DNA of 64,000 nucleotides from an uncultured bacterium. GTDB lineage: Bacteria; Bacillota_I; Bacilli_A; RFN20; CAG-826. Of this stretch, positions 21,789-32,404 are shown in pieces. The stretch is taken from NCBI GenBank assembly GCA_949297805.1, contig CASFTG010000002.1, positions 15,871-79,870 of the forward strand, given 5' to 3'. The translations under genes were made by a program, and so were the position numbers. How positions within the stretch are numbered: position 1 is the first letter of the stretch; every line of letters begins with the position of its first letter. The notes under the pieces were generated by a model, which ran no database searches, was not told the origin of the DNA, and saw only the letters and a program-made list of their open reading frames with translations.

Positions 21789-22313
21789 ATGGCGCGTATG
21801 CGCACGCTTTACCTGTTGTCAGCCTTGCCCGGATCGGGGAAATCGACCTGGGCGCGCCGCTTTCAGCAGGAGCACGACCATGTCTATATCGTCTCGAGCG
21901 ACGAGATAAGGATCGAGCTATTCGGTCGAGCGGACGATTTTTCTAACGAGCCACTGGTCTGGGAGACATTTTTGAATCGGATTCACCAATATGCCGAACA
22001 AGATAAGGATGCTAACGTCATCGCCGATTCCACCAACCTGACCAACTATTATCGCGACTACTACCGGGAACAGACCCCGGAGTTCGATAAGCATATCCTC
22101 GTGGTCTTCGATATCCCCTTAGAGGACGTCTTCGCCCAGAACCGAATGCGGAAGAAAGAGAAAATCGTGCCCGAGGATGCGATGAGGATGATGGCGGCCC
22201 AGTGTGAACCATTAGACAACAAGGTCGCCGACGCCTATGACGAGGTCATCCACGTCGGGCCCGATTTCATCGCCGAGGAACTAAGACGGCAAAAAGCGCA
22301 AAACCGCCACTGA
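21789..22313 (+). CDS. AAA_33-type P-loop kinase-like ATP-binding protein
   Basis: 174 aa. Walker A ALPGSGKST. Paralogous to 46017..46505. Confidence 0.65.
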   Translation: MARMRTLYLLSALPGSGKSTWARRFQQEHDHVYIVSSDEIRIELFGRADDFSNEPLVWETFLNRIHQYAEQDKDANVIADSTNLTNYYRDYYREQTPEFDKHILVVFDIPLEDVFAQNRMRKKEKIVPEDAMRMMAAQCEPLDNKVADAYDEVIHVGPDFIAEELRRQKAQNRH

Positions 22314-22336
22314 AATAAGTTGCTACAATTATATCG

Positions 22337-23476
22337 ATGGACGAGAAGGACAACGAGCAGCAAAGCCATCGGGGAACGGCCCTCGATGTCTTCCCCTTAA
22401 CCAAAGGCAAAAGGATGTTGCTGTTTTTAGGCGACTTCTTCCTCGTCTTTATCTTGGCTTTGTTCCTTTCCAACATCATCGTCTACCCCATCGCCAAAAG
22501 CGCCACCGGCTATGAGACGAAGGAATCGCTAAACATCGCCAACCAGCAGGGCCGTTACACCATTCTTTATGAGAACAAGCTACTGTTCAACGAATCAGCG
22601 GATACCAAGAACAACCTCGAAAGCAACCTCGAATATACCTATTCGCGCTTCCTTAGCTATTACGTGGTCGATGCCCCGGTGGAAAGCGAAATCTTCCATA
22701 ATTATTATTCCCAATATCGCAACCAAGACGGGAAGTCGCTCCTCCAACTATATAAGGGATATGATCTAAGCAGCTTCTTTGATTTGGAAGCGATCAATGA
22801 TGATGGCTTACCAACGCTGAAGGATAAATACAAGGAGGAGTTCGCTCCCAACTATGAAGATGACAACGACATGAGCGACATCGGGAAGATCGATTACGAT
22901 TATTTCTTCGAGCACTTCTTCCTCTCGATGTATTACACCATGGTCGATGACATCAAGTTCAACGATCTGCGGCTGCCAAACAACAATCTAGCGGCTTCCT
23001 ATAATGATTTGACGGGAAAAATCGAGGAATTCAACGATTTCTATGATACAACCGCGATTATCTGTTCCTCGGTATCCTTTGGGGTGGCCGCCCTCGCCCT
23101 CTATTTCGTTTATCCCCTGCTGAATAAACGAGGGAGGACCCCAACCCAATCAGTCATGAAAGTGGAAAGGGTCGAGAAAGGGACCTATAAGATTTTGTCC
23201 CGACCACGTCGATGCCTGAGTGGGTTATATCTAACGATCCTCACTTTGCCCTGCCTTCTCTTCGTCCCCGTGCCCACGGTTTCAATCAATTACGTCTTCT
23301 CCATCACCGGTATGTTCGGAATCTCGATGGTTGGCTTAATCGGGGTTATCGTCTCGATGCTGATGGTAATTTTTGACAAATTCAACCGAGGTTTGACGGA
23401 TATTCTGACTTTTTCCATCGCTTTGAAAGAAGAGATGCTGGACGAGGTTTACAAGGTGAAAGGCTATTACGTATGA
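22337..23476 (+). CDS. RDD-family membrane protein
   Basis: 379 aa. TM helices at N- and C-termini with a large soluble insert. Translationally coupled (ATGA) to the next paralog. Confidence 0.5.
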   Translation: MDEKDNEQQSHRGTALDVFPLTKGKRMLLFLGDFFLVFILALFLSNIIVYPIAKSATGYETKESLNIANQQGRYTILYENKLLFNESADTKNNLESNLEYTYSRFLSYYVVDAPVESEIFHNYYSQYRNQDGKSLLQLYKGYDLSSFFDLEAINDDGLPTLKDKYKEEFAPNYEDDNDMSDIGKIDYDYFFEHFFLSMYYTMVDDIKFNDLRLPNNNLAASYNDLTGKIEEFNDFYDTTAIICSSVSFGVAALALYFVYPLLNKRGRTPTQSVMKVERVEKGTYKILSRPRRCLSGLYLTILTLPCLLFVPVPTVSINYVFSITGMFGISMVGLIGVIVSMLMVIFDKFNRGLTDILTFSIALKEEMLDEVYKVKGYYV

Positions 23477-24486
23477 GCGAAGAACAAACCGAGAACCTTT
23501 TGCCGGAGATCAAATACCTCCGGGCCAAATTCTGGCGACGGATTTTTGCCAATCTCCTCGATTTGATCATCTTGATTATCACAACCTTCCTTCTCTTCGC
23601 CGGGGTTCGGGCTATCGCCAGCTGCTTTGGTTCCGTTTCCGCCTCTCAATCCCGCCTAAAGCAAATGCGAGAGGAATCGGGCCTTTACCATCCAAAAGAG
23701 GAAGGCAGCAGCGAACTTATCTCGATTGCCGATTATTTAGAAGATTCCTCCGATTATACAGCCGCGGATAAATACTATTTGGCTGAGCAAACCATATTCG
23801 ATTTCGCGGAATATTCCGGGATTGAAGTCGGCGAAAACCTAAAGAACAAGATTATCGAATCCTATAACGAATTCCGACTGGAGCAGTCTTACCTCAGCAA
23901 GCCCTACTTCATCGAAGAAAATTCCCAAATCAAAGAGAATCCAGACTGCAAAGCCTCGAAGATACTGTATTTTCAAAACATCGCCGCCCCATTCCTCAAC
24001 GATTACTGCGAGGGCTGCCTGGCCTCAAAGTTCCCCGAATACGTCGACCTGACCCTTTTCAACTCTCGTTTGCTCTTTTTAATCGAGCTACCCATTTCCT
24101 ATGCCGTTGCTGGAATACTCACTTATCTGGTTCCGACCTTCATCTTCCGCCGGGGAAGGAAGACATTCGGCAAAGCCCTATACAAAATAGGCGTCGTCGA
24201 TTCCCGGGTCCTAAACCCCACCTGGAAGCGGAGCCTCGCCCGTTTCGCCATTTTCTATTTCGCGATTCTGCTATTGTCAGTAGTGACATTTGCGATCCCG
24301 GCCATCATCTCGGTGACCATGATGGGATTTTCCAAGAAAAGGCAAGGATTTGCGGACTATATGTTGGATTTGCAGGAAATCGACACCGCCGGATCGACTA
24401 TTTTCTTCAACATTCAAGAAGCCGAAGTCAGCGGTGTCAACAACTACAAAAAACCGGTCGATTTTCAATCCATTGTCCGAGAATAG
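23473..24486 (+). CDS. RDD-family membrane protein (paralog)
   Basis: 337 aa. N-terminal RRIFANLLDLIILII RDD-like motif. Confidence 0.5.
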   Translation: MSEEQTENLLPEIKYLRAKFWRRIFANLLDLIILIITTFLLFAGVRAIASCFGSVSASQSRLKQMREESGLYHPKEEGSSELISIADYLEDSSDYTAADKYYLAEQTIFDFAEYSGIEVGENLKNKIIESYNEFRLEQSYLSKPYFIEENSQIKENPDCKASKILYFQNIAAPFLNDYCEGCLASKFPEYVDLTLFNSRLLFLIELPISYAVAGILTYLVPTFIFRRGRKTFGKALYKIGVVDSRVLNPTWKRSLARFAIFYFAILLLSVVTFAIPAIISVTMMGFSKKRQGFADYMLDLQEIDTAGSTIFFNIQEAEVSGVNNYKKPVDFQSIVRE

Positions 24487-24519
24487 GTACTTCGTTAAAT
24501 TTTTAAAAATTTAAAATCT

Positions 24520-24534
24520 TTGAAAGCGCTTCGA
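24520..24534. promoter_or_regulatory. cre-like element (TTGAAAGCGCTTCGA), 14/15 match to WTGNAANCGNWNNCW
   Basis: Read directly. Lies ~35 bp upstream of an extended -10 (TGTATAAT, 24567-24574), which ends ~8 nt before the ATG of the 24583 gene. Confidence 0.35.
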
Positions 24535-24582
24535 AAAATGTGTGGGTGAAATTGAATCCCCACCTATGTATAATGAGCGCGT

Positions 24583-26685
24583 ATGGAAAAAACCTTTCGA
24601 TCCAAAAGGCTCTCCACAAAATGGAGGTGGCTTTTACTTTCCGGCATGGCTAGTTGCTTTGGCTTAGCCGCTTTTGCCTCGTTCGGCAACGATGCCAATC
24701 TCGTTCTTGCCGAAGCAGAAGAAACCACTGCCCTCACTACCGAAGGGACCGGCGAAACGTCCACTCCAACTGGAAGCGGTGCCACCGGCGCCATGACTTA
24801 TATTCAGGGCCAACAAATCACCGAGATCGGCGAAGCGGAGCTTGGGGCGGGCTATTCGGAAGAGACGATGACCGACGCGGGGAACAATTTCTACACCACA
24901 GTCACGGCCAATACCCACACCCCATACATGCAGACCTTCACGATCTCTTTTTCGTCCCAAACCACTACTTACGTCGATACTCAGGGCCAAGTTTTCCTCA
25001 CCATCGATGACCCAAGCTTTGTAAGTGACTCTCCGGTCGAAAACGAGAACGACCCGCTTCCGGAATTCAACGCCCAGGTCTTCCGCATCGAGACCGGCCG
25101 CCGCGACAATCCGGATATTTATATCCCTGCAAAAGAAACCAAGGCCGGCTTCTTCGTTATGAACGTCACCGGCATCTATTCCGGCGCCGTCAGCGATGAA
25201 TACACCGACGTGATCGAAAATATTTACATTCCCTCGGAAATCGTTTCCGCGGCTGAAGGGGCTTTGGAAGTGGCTAATCCCAATTGTCAAATCCTTTTCG
25301 AAGCCGAATCGTTGCCCGAGGAATTCGACCCGGCCTTCACCAATCTACCCGAAGAAAATATCCACTTCGGCGTGGAGCTGCCCTACGACAAAGCCAACTA
25401 CTTCGTCCGCAACACCAATAAAGAGGGCAATCAAACCGATAACTTCATGATGGGTTTTGATGCCGGCGATGAATCCCCTTACAAGCCGGAACTTCTGAAT
25501 ATCACCTATGACCTCGTCAAAGAAGATGGGACCCGGACCACTTATAACCGCGACCTTCCATTAAGTTTTGGCACATATAATTCCTATTATGATGCCATTG
25601 GCGAAAGGCTTGGATCGTATGCGTTCAACCGTACAGTCTCCATTCCCGTTGAAGCTAATGAGGAAATCGATCCTAATTCCTTAGTATTCTCTAACATCTA
25701 CCAAACCGACGCCTTGGAACGCCCCTTCCGTCCAAATACCGATGGTACTTGCTACTACTCAGTCGCCCGGCCGGTTTATAGCAATGAATACGACTCCGAT
25801 GAGTTCCTGACCATCGAGTTCGACCACGTCGCGACCTTCGCCGGATATACCGCCATCTATCTCAAATCCGAACAATTCCCGGACATTTACAAAATCGTCA
25901 ACCCGACGATGTATGAAACCGCCAAGCGCTACTTGGACACCAATTCAGCCTACATCCGCTTCGCCTTCAACACCGTCAACTCCATGGTTTACAACGTCTC
26001 CTATGAGTACGATGGCCAATTGATTGAAAAACAATTCACCGCCAGCGCCAAGACCGACTCCTTCGAGATTAACTCTAAGCCCATCGGCTTCCTCTTCAAA
26101 AACTCCGATATTGGCGAAGGATTCTCTGCCGAGAACCTTAAATCATTCGGATTTGAAAACTTCGCGGTTCGGGTCGATGTCATGCTTCGTAGCTCGGCCG
26201 AGACCTTAGGCCGCACCGCCTCCACCATCTCGTTCGGCCGCTACAACATCCTTGGCGATGAACAAGAGTTCCACCTGACCAACGCCAACGCCGGTTTGAT
26301 TTGGACCTTCGTTATCTACACGATCGCGGTCGCTGCTATCGCCATTAGCCTCTATATCTATAAACTTAAGAAATTCAAGAACGATGAGTTCCGCCGCTTG
26401 AAACCGAAGCAATTCATCAAGACCGGTCTCTTGGCTTATGTCTTGTTCGGCATCATCACCTTCTTCATAGCCTTCTGCTCGGTCCGCTGGGCCTTCCTGA
26501 CCAATTCACTGGTCGTCTTCAACCCCGCCGACCCGTTCGTCATCGTCTTCGGCATCATCGCCATCATCGCCACCGGTTATTACATTCGTTGGCTGGCGAT
26601 TGCCATCAAGAACGAGAAAGAACGCCGCAAGGCAATCAAACTCAAACTCGATTCCGATATCAACGACGATGACGGAACGAAATAA
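24583..26685 (+). CDS. Large secreted/membrane-anchored surface protein (signal peptide, 3 C-terminal TM helices)
   Basis: 700 aa. N-terminal signal sequence LLLSGMASCFGLAAFASF. C-terminal hydrophobic helices. First gene of the ABC/nuclease operon. Confidence 0.6.
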   Translation: MEKTFRSKRLSTKWRWLLLSGMASCFGLAAFASFGNDANLVLAEAEETTALTTEGTGETSTPTGSGATGAMTYIQGQQITEIGEAELGAGYSEETMTDAGNNFYTTVTANTHTPYMQTFTISFSSQTTTYVDTQGQVFLTIDDPSFVSDSPVENENDPLPEFNAQVFRIETGRRDNPDIYIPAKETKAGFFVMNVTGIYSGAVSDEYTDVIENIYIPSEIVSAAEGALEVANPNCQILFEAESLPEEFDPAFTNLPEENIHFGVELPYDKANYFVRNTNKEGNQTDNFMMGFDAGDESPYKPELLNITYDLVKEDGTRTTYNRDLPLSFGTYNSYYDAIGERLGSYAFNRTVSIPVEANEEIDPNSLVFSNIYQTDALERPFRPNTDGTCYYSVARPVYSNEYDSDEFLTIEFDHVATFAGYTAIYLKSEQFPDIYKIVNPTMYETAKRYLDTNSAYIRFAFNTVNSMVYNVSYEYDGQLIEKQFTASAKTDSFEINSKPIGFLFKNSDIGEGFSAENLKSFGFENFAVRVDVMLRSSAETLGRTASTISFGRYNILGDEQEFHLTNANAGLIWTFVIYTIAVAAIAISLYIYKLKKFKNDEFRRLKPKQFIKTGLLAYVLFGIITFFIAFCSVRWAFLTNSLVVFNPADPFVIVFGIIAIIATGYYIRWLAIAIKNEKERRKAIKLKLDSDINDDDGTK

Positions 26686-26704
26686 ATAAGGATAGGAGCT
26701 AGTT

Positions 26705-28630
26705 ATGGAAATCAGAATCAAGGACCTAACCAAGATCTTCCCAGGGGATGCGAAGAAGAACATCCGCGACACCGTTGCGGTCAAGGATATGAGCTTCGTC
26801 GTACCCGATGGGAAACTTGTCGGCTTGCTCGGACCTTCCGGGTGCGGCAAATCGACCACCCTGTACATGATCTCCGGCTTACAAAGCCCCACTTCCGGCG
26901 AAGTTTGGTTCGGCGATCAGGAAGTCACCAACCTCGCTCCGGAAAAGCGCGGCATCGGCTTGGTTTTCCAAAACTACGCCCTTTATCCGCATATGTCGAT
27001 CTATAAGAACATCGAGTTCCCGCTCACTAATCTTAAGGTAGAAGTCCCTCTCGTCACCTTCTTCAATTTCCATTTAACCTATACCTATAACTTAAAGAAG
27101 AGCGACCTCGTCGATGGCATCGCCAAATCGGTCGTCGCCTTAGCTAAGCGCATCGGTTTGAAGAAGCGCAACGTCGCCGTCACTACCGAGCAAAACGGCA
27201 ACGTCCTGACTTTACATGTCGACCTCCTAAACGTTTCCCAAGTCGTGGCCGATCTTTATAAGAAGAACTTCCCCCTCGTCATTGAGAACGCCGAATTAGT
27301 CGAGGAAAAATCCGAGCAGACCAGCGAAGCCCTCTATGACGCCTCCTTCCGAGCCACCGTCAACAAGGAAAGCGACTCGGAGATGCTCGACGTCCTCTAC
27401 AAAGGCAACCTTGGCAAGAAGTTCAACACCGCCACCATCGACGAGACCATCAAGGCCATCAAGGCCATCATCCATAATCATGGCATCTCTGAAGGCGTCA
27501 TCATCTCCCGTCTCCAAAACGGCGAATACGAATTAATGGCCCGAATCGTTAAAGTCCGCCGGGCCGATTTCGAAGCCACCATCAACGAGCTCAACGCCGG
27601 CGCCGCCTTCTCCTCTCACGTCGTCTCTATCACCAATGTCCGTAACAGCGAACTCACTCTCCAATTCAAGAAACAGTTCGCCTTAAAGCGTCTCTCGATT
27701 TCCGACTTCAAGCTCTATTATTCCGAAGGCAAGACCAAGGTCTATTTCCGCCTCCATAAAGTCGGCAAAGAGGTCGCCGAGGAATCAAAGGAATTCCTCA
27801 CCAAAGAGTTCGACCTATCCGATATCTCGATGGACCTCACCCAGGCCATCGCCCACCGCCGCTTAACCAAAGAGGAACGCCGGGATATCGTCTATGACGC
27901 CGCCAAACTCGTCCAGGTCGATGAGTATTTGCAGCGTAAGCCAAATCAACTCTCCGGCGGTCAGCAGCAACGGGTCGCCATCGCCCGGGCCCTCGTCAAG
28001 AAGCCGAAGGTCCTCCTCCTCGATGAGCCGCTTTCTAACCTTGACGCCCGGTTACGCTTACAAACCCGCGAGGAAATCCGCCGCATCCAGAAAGAAACTG
28101 GCATCACCACCGTCTTCGTCACCCATGACCAAGAGGAAGCGATGTCGATCTCCGACGAAATCGTCGTCATGAAACTCGGCGAGATGCAGCAGATCGATGC
28201 CCCGCAGAACGTCTATAACAATCCGGCCAACCTCTTCGTCGCCATGTTCCTTGGCACCCCGCCGATCAACGTCTTCAAAGGCCATATCGGCGGCGGCCAG
28301 GTCAAAGTCGGCGATGACGTGGTCTATGAGGACAAGAAGTCGAAAGCCCTTAAAGACGACAAAGACGTCTACGTCGCCATCCGGCCCGAAGGCTTCTCGA
28401 TGGATAAACCTAAAGAAGGCCAAGGGCTCCACTGCAACGTCGAGATGATTCAAATCCTCGGCCGCGACATCTCCATCGTCGCCAACAACCCCTCCTGCAC
28501 GAAACCGACTTTCAAAGTCATCATCTCGGCTGAAGACCAAACCAACGACACCAAGCTTTGCTTGGCCGTTAAGCCGAATAAGATGTTCATCTTCGACGGC
28601 GAAACCGAGCAAAGGATCTATCTAGACTAA
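26705..28630 (+). CDS. MalK/UgpC-family ABC transporter ATP-binding protein with ~290-aa insertion between Q-loop and signature motif
   Basis: Walker [10 protein letters not shown], signature [15 protein letters not shown], Walker [13 protein letters not shown]-loop VTHDQ. C-terminal TOBE-like domain. Confidence 0.85.
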   Translation: MEIRIKDLTKIFPGDAKKNIRDTVAVKDMSFVVPDGKLVGLLGPSGCGKSTTLYMISGLQSPTSGEVWFGDQEVTNLAPEKRGIGLVFQNYALYPHMSIYKNIEFPLTNLKVEVPLVTFFNFHLTYTYNLKKSDLVDGIAKSVVALAKRIGLKKRNVAVTTEQNGNVLTLHVDLLNVSQVVADLYKKNFPLVIENAELVEEKSEQTSEALYDASFRATVNKESDSEMLDVLYKGNLGKKFNTATIDETIKAIKAIIHNHGISEGVIISRLQNGEYELMARIVKVRRADFEATINELNAGAAFSSHVVSITNVRNSELTLQFKKQFALKRLSISDFKLYYSEGKTKVYFRLHKVGKEVAEESKEFLTKEFDLSDISMDLTQAIAHRRLTKEERRDIVYDAAKLVQVDEYLQRKPNQLSGGQQQRVAIARALVKKPKVLLLDEPLSNLDARLRLQTREEIRRIQKETGITTVFVTHDQEEAMSISDEIVVMKLGEMQQIDAPQNVYNNPANLFVAMFLGTPPINVFKGHIGGGQVKVGDDVVYEDKKSKALKDDKDVYVAIRPEGFSMDKPKEGQGLHCNVEMIQILGRDISIVANNPSCTKPTFKVIISAEDQTNDTKLCLAVKPNKMFIFDGETEQRIYLD

Positions 28631-28641
28631 GAGGTACCCCA

Positions 28642-29667
28642 ATGGCAGAAGCACTGGTCAAAGAAAAACCAAGCCTCGGGTACCATGAGGAGAAGACGGA
28701 TACCGTCATTCGCCTCGTCTCGACCCGTAAGCGGAAAAAGGAATACCAAGTCACCGGTATCCAAGACATCGCCAGCGAGAACAACTGGAAAGCCTGGCTC
28801 TACCTCGCCCCAGTTATCATCTTGATCGCTGTCTTCCTTTTCTATCCCCTTATCAACACCATCTTCATCGCTTTTACCGAGAATTACCGTTATTCCCAAG
28901 GAACCTATGATGGGTTTACTTTAAATAACTTCGGCATCATCCTCGGCCTAACATCAACCGACATCGGGGCAACAGAGGTCAACTTCGCTCGATACGCCAT
29001 CCCGAATACCTTCATCATCGTCTTCATGACGGTCCCGGTCTCGACCTTATTAGCCTTGATCATCGCCGTCGCCTTGAACTCGATCAAATGGTTCCAGAAG
29101 TTCTTACAGACCGTCTTCTTCCTGCCCTACGTCACCAACGGCATCGCCATCGGTATGGTCTTCGCCGTTATTTTCGACCAGCAAGGTATCATCAACTACA
29201 TCTTTGGCTCTTCAACCCAATGGATATACGGGGCCGATCGGTGGACGGCCATGGTTCCACTTTGCATCTACATCGTCTGGAACTCGATCCCCTTTAAAAT
29301 CTTAGTCTTGCTTTCCGGCTTACAAGGCATCGACAAACAGTATTACCAAGCGGCCCAAATCGACGCCGCCAGCCACGCGAAGACCCTGTGGAAAATCACC
29401 GTTCCGCTACTTTCGCCGCAGATCCTCTATCTCTTGGTCACTTCCTTTATCGGAGCTTTCAAGGAATACACCTCAATCGTCGCTATCTTCAATGGCCCTG
29501 GCACCACCCAAGGTTCTTACAACATGATGACCATCGTCTATTACATCTATGAGAACCTTAGTATCAATACCTCCTATGCCGCCGCCGCCGCGGTCTTCCT
29601 CTTCGTCATCATCTTGATCTTCACGTTCCTGCAGTTTGCCGTCGGCAAGACGCGGGTCCATTACTAA
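28642..29667 (+). CDS. Carbohydrate ABC transporter permease (MalF/UgpA-like)
   Basis: 341-aa polytopic protein with the EAA-type loop of binding-protein-dependent permeases. Confidence 0.8.
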   Translation: MAEALVKEKPSLGYHEEKTDTVIRLVSTRKRKKEYQVTGIQDIASENNWKAWLYLAPVIILIAVFLFYPLINTIFIAFTENYRYSQGTYDGFTLNNFGIILGLTSTDIGATEVNFARYAIPNTFIIVFMTVPVSTLLALIIAVALNSIKWFQKFLQTVFFLPYVTNGIAIGMVFAVIFDQQGIINYIFGSSTQWIYGADRWTAMVPLCIYIVWNSIPFKILVLLSGLQGIDKQYYQAAQIDAASHAKTLWKITVPLLSPQILYLLVTSFIGAFKEYTSIVAIFNGPGTTQGSYNMMTIVYYIYENLSINTSYAAAAAVFLFVIILIFTFLQFAVGKTRVHY

Positions 29668-29681
29668 GGAGGGAAAGGAAA

Positions 29682-30668
29682 ATGGAAAACGTTTTCAAGA
29701 AATTCCTCAAAAAGGAAGAGAAACCCGCCTTAATCGAAAAGCCGAAGATCGTCCTTTCGATCGAAGACGCCGGCAAAACCGTCGACGCCATCAAGCGAAG
29801 TCAAAAGATTGGCCATATCATAATGATGGTCATTACTTACATCTTCATTCTCTTCTTGGCCCTGATGATGGTCTTCCCCTTCTACTGGATGATCATCACC
29901 TCGTTAAAGCAAAGGACCGAGATCATCGCCACGACCCAGACCTTCTTCCCCTCGGTCGTCATGTGGAGCAACTACGTCTATGTCTTCCAGGTCTTTGACT
30001 TCGGAACCTACATGCTCAACACCATCGTCGTCGCCATCTTCTCGACGTTAGGTACCTTACTCACCACCATCTTCGCCGCCTTTGCCTTCGCCAGATTGAA
30101 GTTCAAAGGCCGCGAGCCCTTATTCATGCTCTTCCTAATGACCATGATGATCCCGGGCGAGATGATGGTCATCTCCAATTTCGTCACCGTTGCTTCCTTT
30201 GGCTGGATCGGCACCGGCCAAACCCTGATGGACGCCTATGCCGCCATGATCGTCCCGTTCTGGATTTCCGTCTTTTATATCTATTTATTAAGGCAGAATT
30301 TCAAGCAAATCCCTAACGAACTCTACTTAGCCGCCAAAGTCGACGGCAAATCCGACTGGTCCTTCCTTTGGAAGGTCATGGTCCCGCTTGCCGCCCCCAC
30401 CCTCATCTCCATCACTATTCTCAAATTCATGGGCACCTGGAACTCCTATGTTTGGCCGGAACTCGTTACCTCGGTCGATGAATACAAACTTATCTCCAAC
30501 GGTCTCCGCGGCGGCCACTTCGTCGATAACAGCTCCGGCGCCTCTATCACCGAATACGGCTATCAGATGGCTGCGACCGTCTTAGTCACCGTCCCGTTAT
30601 TCCTGCTCTTCGTCTTCTTCCGTAAATACATCATGCGTGGCGTCGGCCGCGCTGGCATCAAGGGCTAG
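29682..30668 (+). CDS. Carbohydrate ABC transporter permease (MalG/UgpE-like)
   Basis: 328 aa. Permease TM topology with conserved EAA region (LAAKVDGKSDWSFLWKVMVPLAAP). Confidence 0.8.
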   Translation: MENVFKKFLKKEEKPALIEKPKIVLSIEDAGKTVDAIKRSQKIGHIIMMVITYIFILFLALMMVFPFYWMIITSLKQRTEIIATTQTFFPSVVMWSNYVYVFQVFDFGTYMLNTIVVAIFSTLGTLLTTIFAAFAFARLKFKGREPLFMLFLMTMMIPGEMMVISNFVTVASFGWIGTGQTLMDAYAAMIVPFWISVFYIYLLRQNFKQIPNELYLAAKVDGKSDWSFLWKVMVPLAAPTLISITILKFMGTWNSYVWPELVTSVDEYKLISNGLRGGHFVDNSSGASITEYGYQMAATVLVTVPLFLLFVFFRKYIMRGVGRAGIKG

Positions 30669-30761
30669 ACGCCCATCCAAATCGATTCATCCGCCCGAGG
30701 CTTGATCGTATGCATAAGCGGGCGTGTGAATAAACTCGACTGTTCATCAAGGAGGAAAATC

Positions 30762-32357
30762 ATGAACCAAAGTCGTAAAGCGAGACTGATTCCGCTTCTA
30801 GCGGCGGTTACGCTCTTAGCTGGTTGCAACGGCAATACGAGCACCAGTTCGTCCACTCCCGAACCGACCGGGACCGAAACCCCGTCGGAAACCCCATCCA
30901 AAACCGACACCGACACCGGCTCCCAAACCGAGGAATACCAACCTTACTTCGGCGAGGAATACGACAACAACAAGATCAACATCAGCGTTTGGACCACCGC
31001 TGGCGATCAGCAACAAACGCAGCTCAACAACTTCATCACCAAATTCGCTGAGGTCGAGCCGAACATCAAGGTCACTAACGTCAAACAATCCGGCTCCTAC
31101 GATGACCTTAAGGAAAAGATCATCACCGGTTTTGCCGGCAATGACTACCCCGACCTCACCTACTGCTATCCGGACCACGTCGCCGAATACATCTACTCCT
31201 TTAAAGCCGTTGATCTAACCGACTACATCAACGATCCCTACTACGGCTGGACTGAGGAAGACAAGAACGATATCATCCCGGCCTTCCTCGAAGAAGGCTC
31301 GAAGTATTCGACTCCGGGCACCTATTCGGTCCCGATGTCGAAATCGACCGAAGCCATGTACTACAACCCGGTCTTGGTCGGCTTAGACGTCTCCAGCGTC
31401 AACGCCACCCTCAATGGCAACGGAGTCATCACCGAGTCCTACCTCAACAGCCTGACCTGGGAGGAACTCCTCGACAACCTCGCCCCGACCCTCAAGACCT
31501 ACGCCGCGAATCAAAAGGCGGCTGGCGAAACCCCAATCTGGGATGATAGCGACCAGTACTCCGCCATCGTCGGCTATGACTCCGATGACAATCTCTTCAT
31601 CACCTTGGCCGAGCAATATGGCTATGGCTACACCGCGATTGACGAGACCACCGGAAAAGGCAAAGTCCTCTTTGACAACCAAGGCATGAAGGACTTGATG
31701 AAGAAACTCAACAAAGCTTATCAAGACAAGCTCTTCATCACCAAGGGCGCGGCCAACAACGAATACATCAACACCCGCTTTACCAAGAAGCAGGTTCTCT
31801 TCTCCATCGGCTCCACCGGCGGCGTCAACTACCAATTCGATGACGAATCCCCGATGGATGTCCGCGTCGCCCCGGTTCCGCAGGCCGCCAAGGGCGCCAA
31901 AAAGGCCCTCATGAGCCAAGGCCCCTCGATGTGCGTCTTATCCCACAACAAGGCCGACGGCACCGTCGACACCGACCGGATCATGGCCACCTGGCTCTTC
32001 TACCGCTTCATGGCCACCACCGAAAACTCCGCTCAGTGGGCCCTTCTCTCCACTGGCTACATGCCGATCCGCGAATCCTCTTACACCACCGCTCAGTTCA
32101 TGAACATCACGAACCTTGAGAACAAGAAAGAGGCCACCATCGACATCCTCACCGCTCGGAACTTAATCTACTGCTCCGACCCGGACACCACTGACGTGAT
32201 GTTCACCTCGCCGGTCTTCGTCGGCTCCTCGGCTTGCCGTTCGGCCGCCGGTGGCATCGTCACCCAAAGTTTAGTCGCCGGCAGCAGCTTAACCGACGAA
32301 TCCCTCAACACCATCTTCAGCGATGCGAAGAACACCGCCGAGCTGCAGATTAAATAA
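30762..32357 (+). CDS. Lipoprotein, extracellular solute-binding protein (SBP family 1)
   Basis: ATG at 30762 with AGGAGG RBS. Lipobox LLAGC. Thr/Ser-rich linker. SBP fold motifs. Confidence 0.75.
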   Translation: MNQSRKARLIPLLAAVTLLAGCNGNTSTSSSTPEPTGTETPSETPSKTDTDTGSQTEEYQPYFGEEYDNNKINISVWTTAGDQQQTQLNNFITKFAEVEPNIKVTNVKQSGSYDDLKEKIITGFAGNDYPDLTYCYPDHVAEYIYSFKAVDLTDYINDPYYGWTEEDKNDIIPAFLEEGSKYSTPGTYSVPMSKSTEAMYYNPVLVGLDVSSVNATLNGNGVITESYLNSLTWEELLDNLAPTLKTYAANQKAAGETPIWDDSDQYSAIVGYDSDDNLFITLAEQYGYGYTAIDETTGKGKVLFDNQGMKDLMKKLNKAYQDKLFITKGAANNEYINTRFTKKQVLFSIGSTGGVNYQFDDESPMDVRVAPVPQAAKGAKKALMSQGPSMCVLSHNKADGTVDTDRIMATWLFYRFMATTENSAQWALLSTGYMPIRESSYTTAQFMNITNLENKKEATIDILTARNLIYCSDPDTTDVMFTSPVFVGSSACRSAAGGIVTQSLVAGSSLTDESLNTIFSDAKNTAELQIK

Positions 32358-32404
32358 CAACTAGCCAAAATTCGATTTGATCACCACTGACAAATAGGAG
32401 AGCG

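Noticed and set aside
24552-24574. Canonical -35/-10 promoter TTGAAT...TATAAT upstream of the 24583 gene.
   Set aside because: Spacing between the hexamers is only ~11 bp. An extended -10 (TGTATAAT) without -35 fits better.
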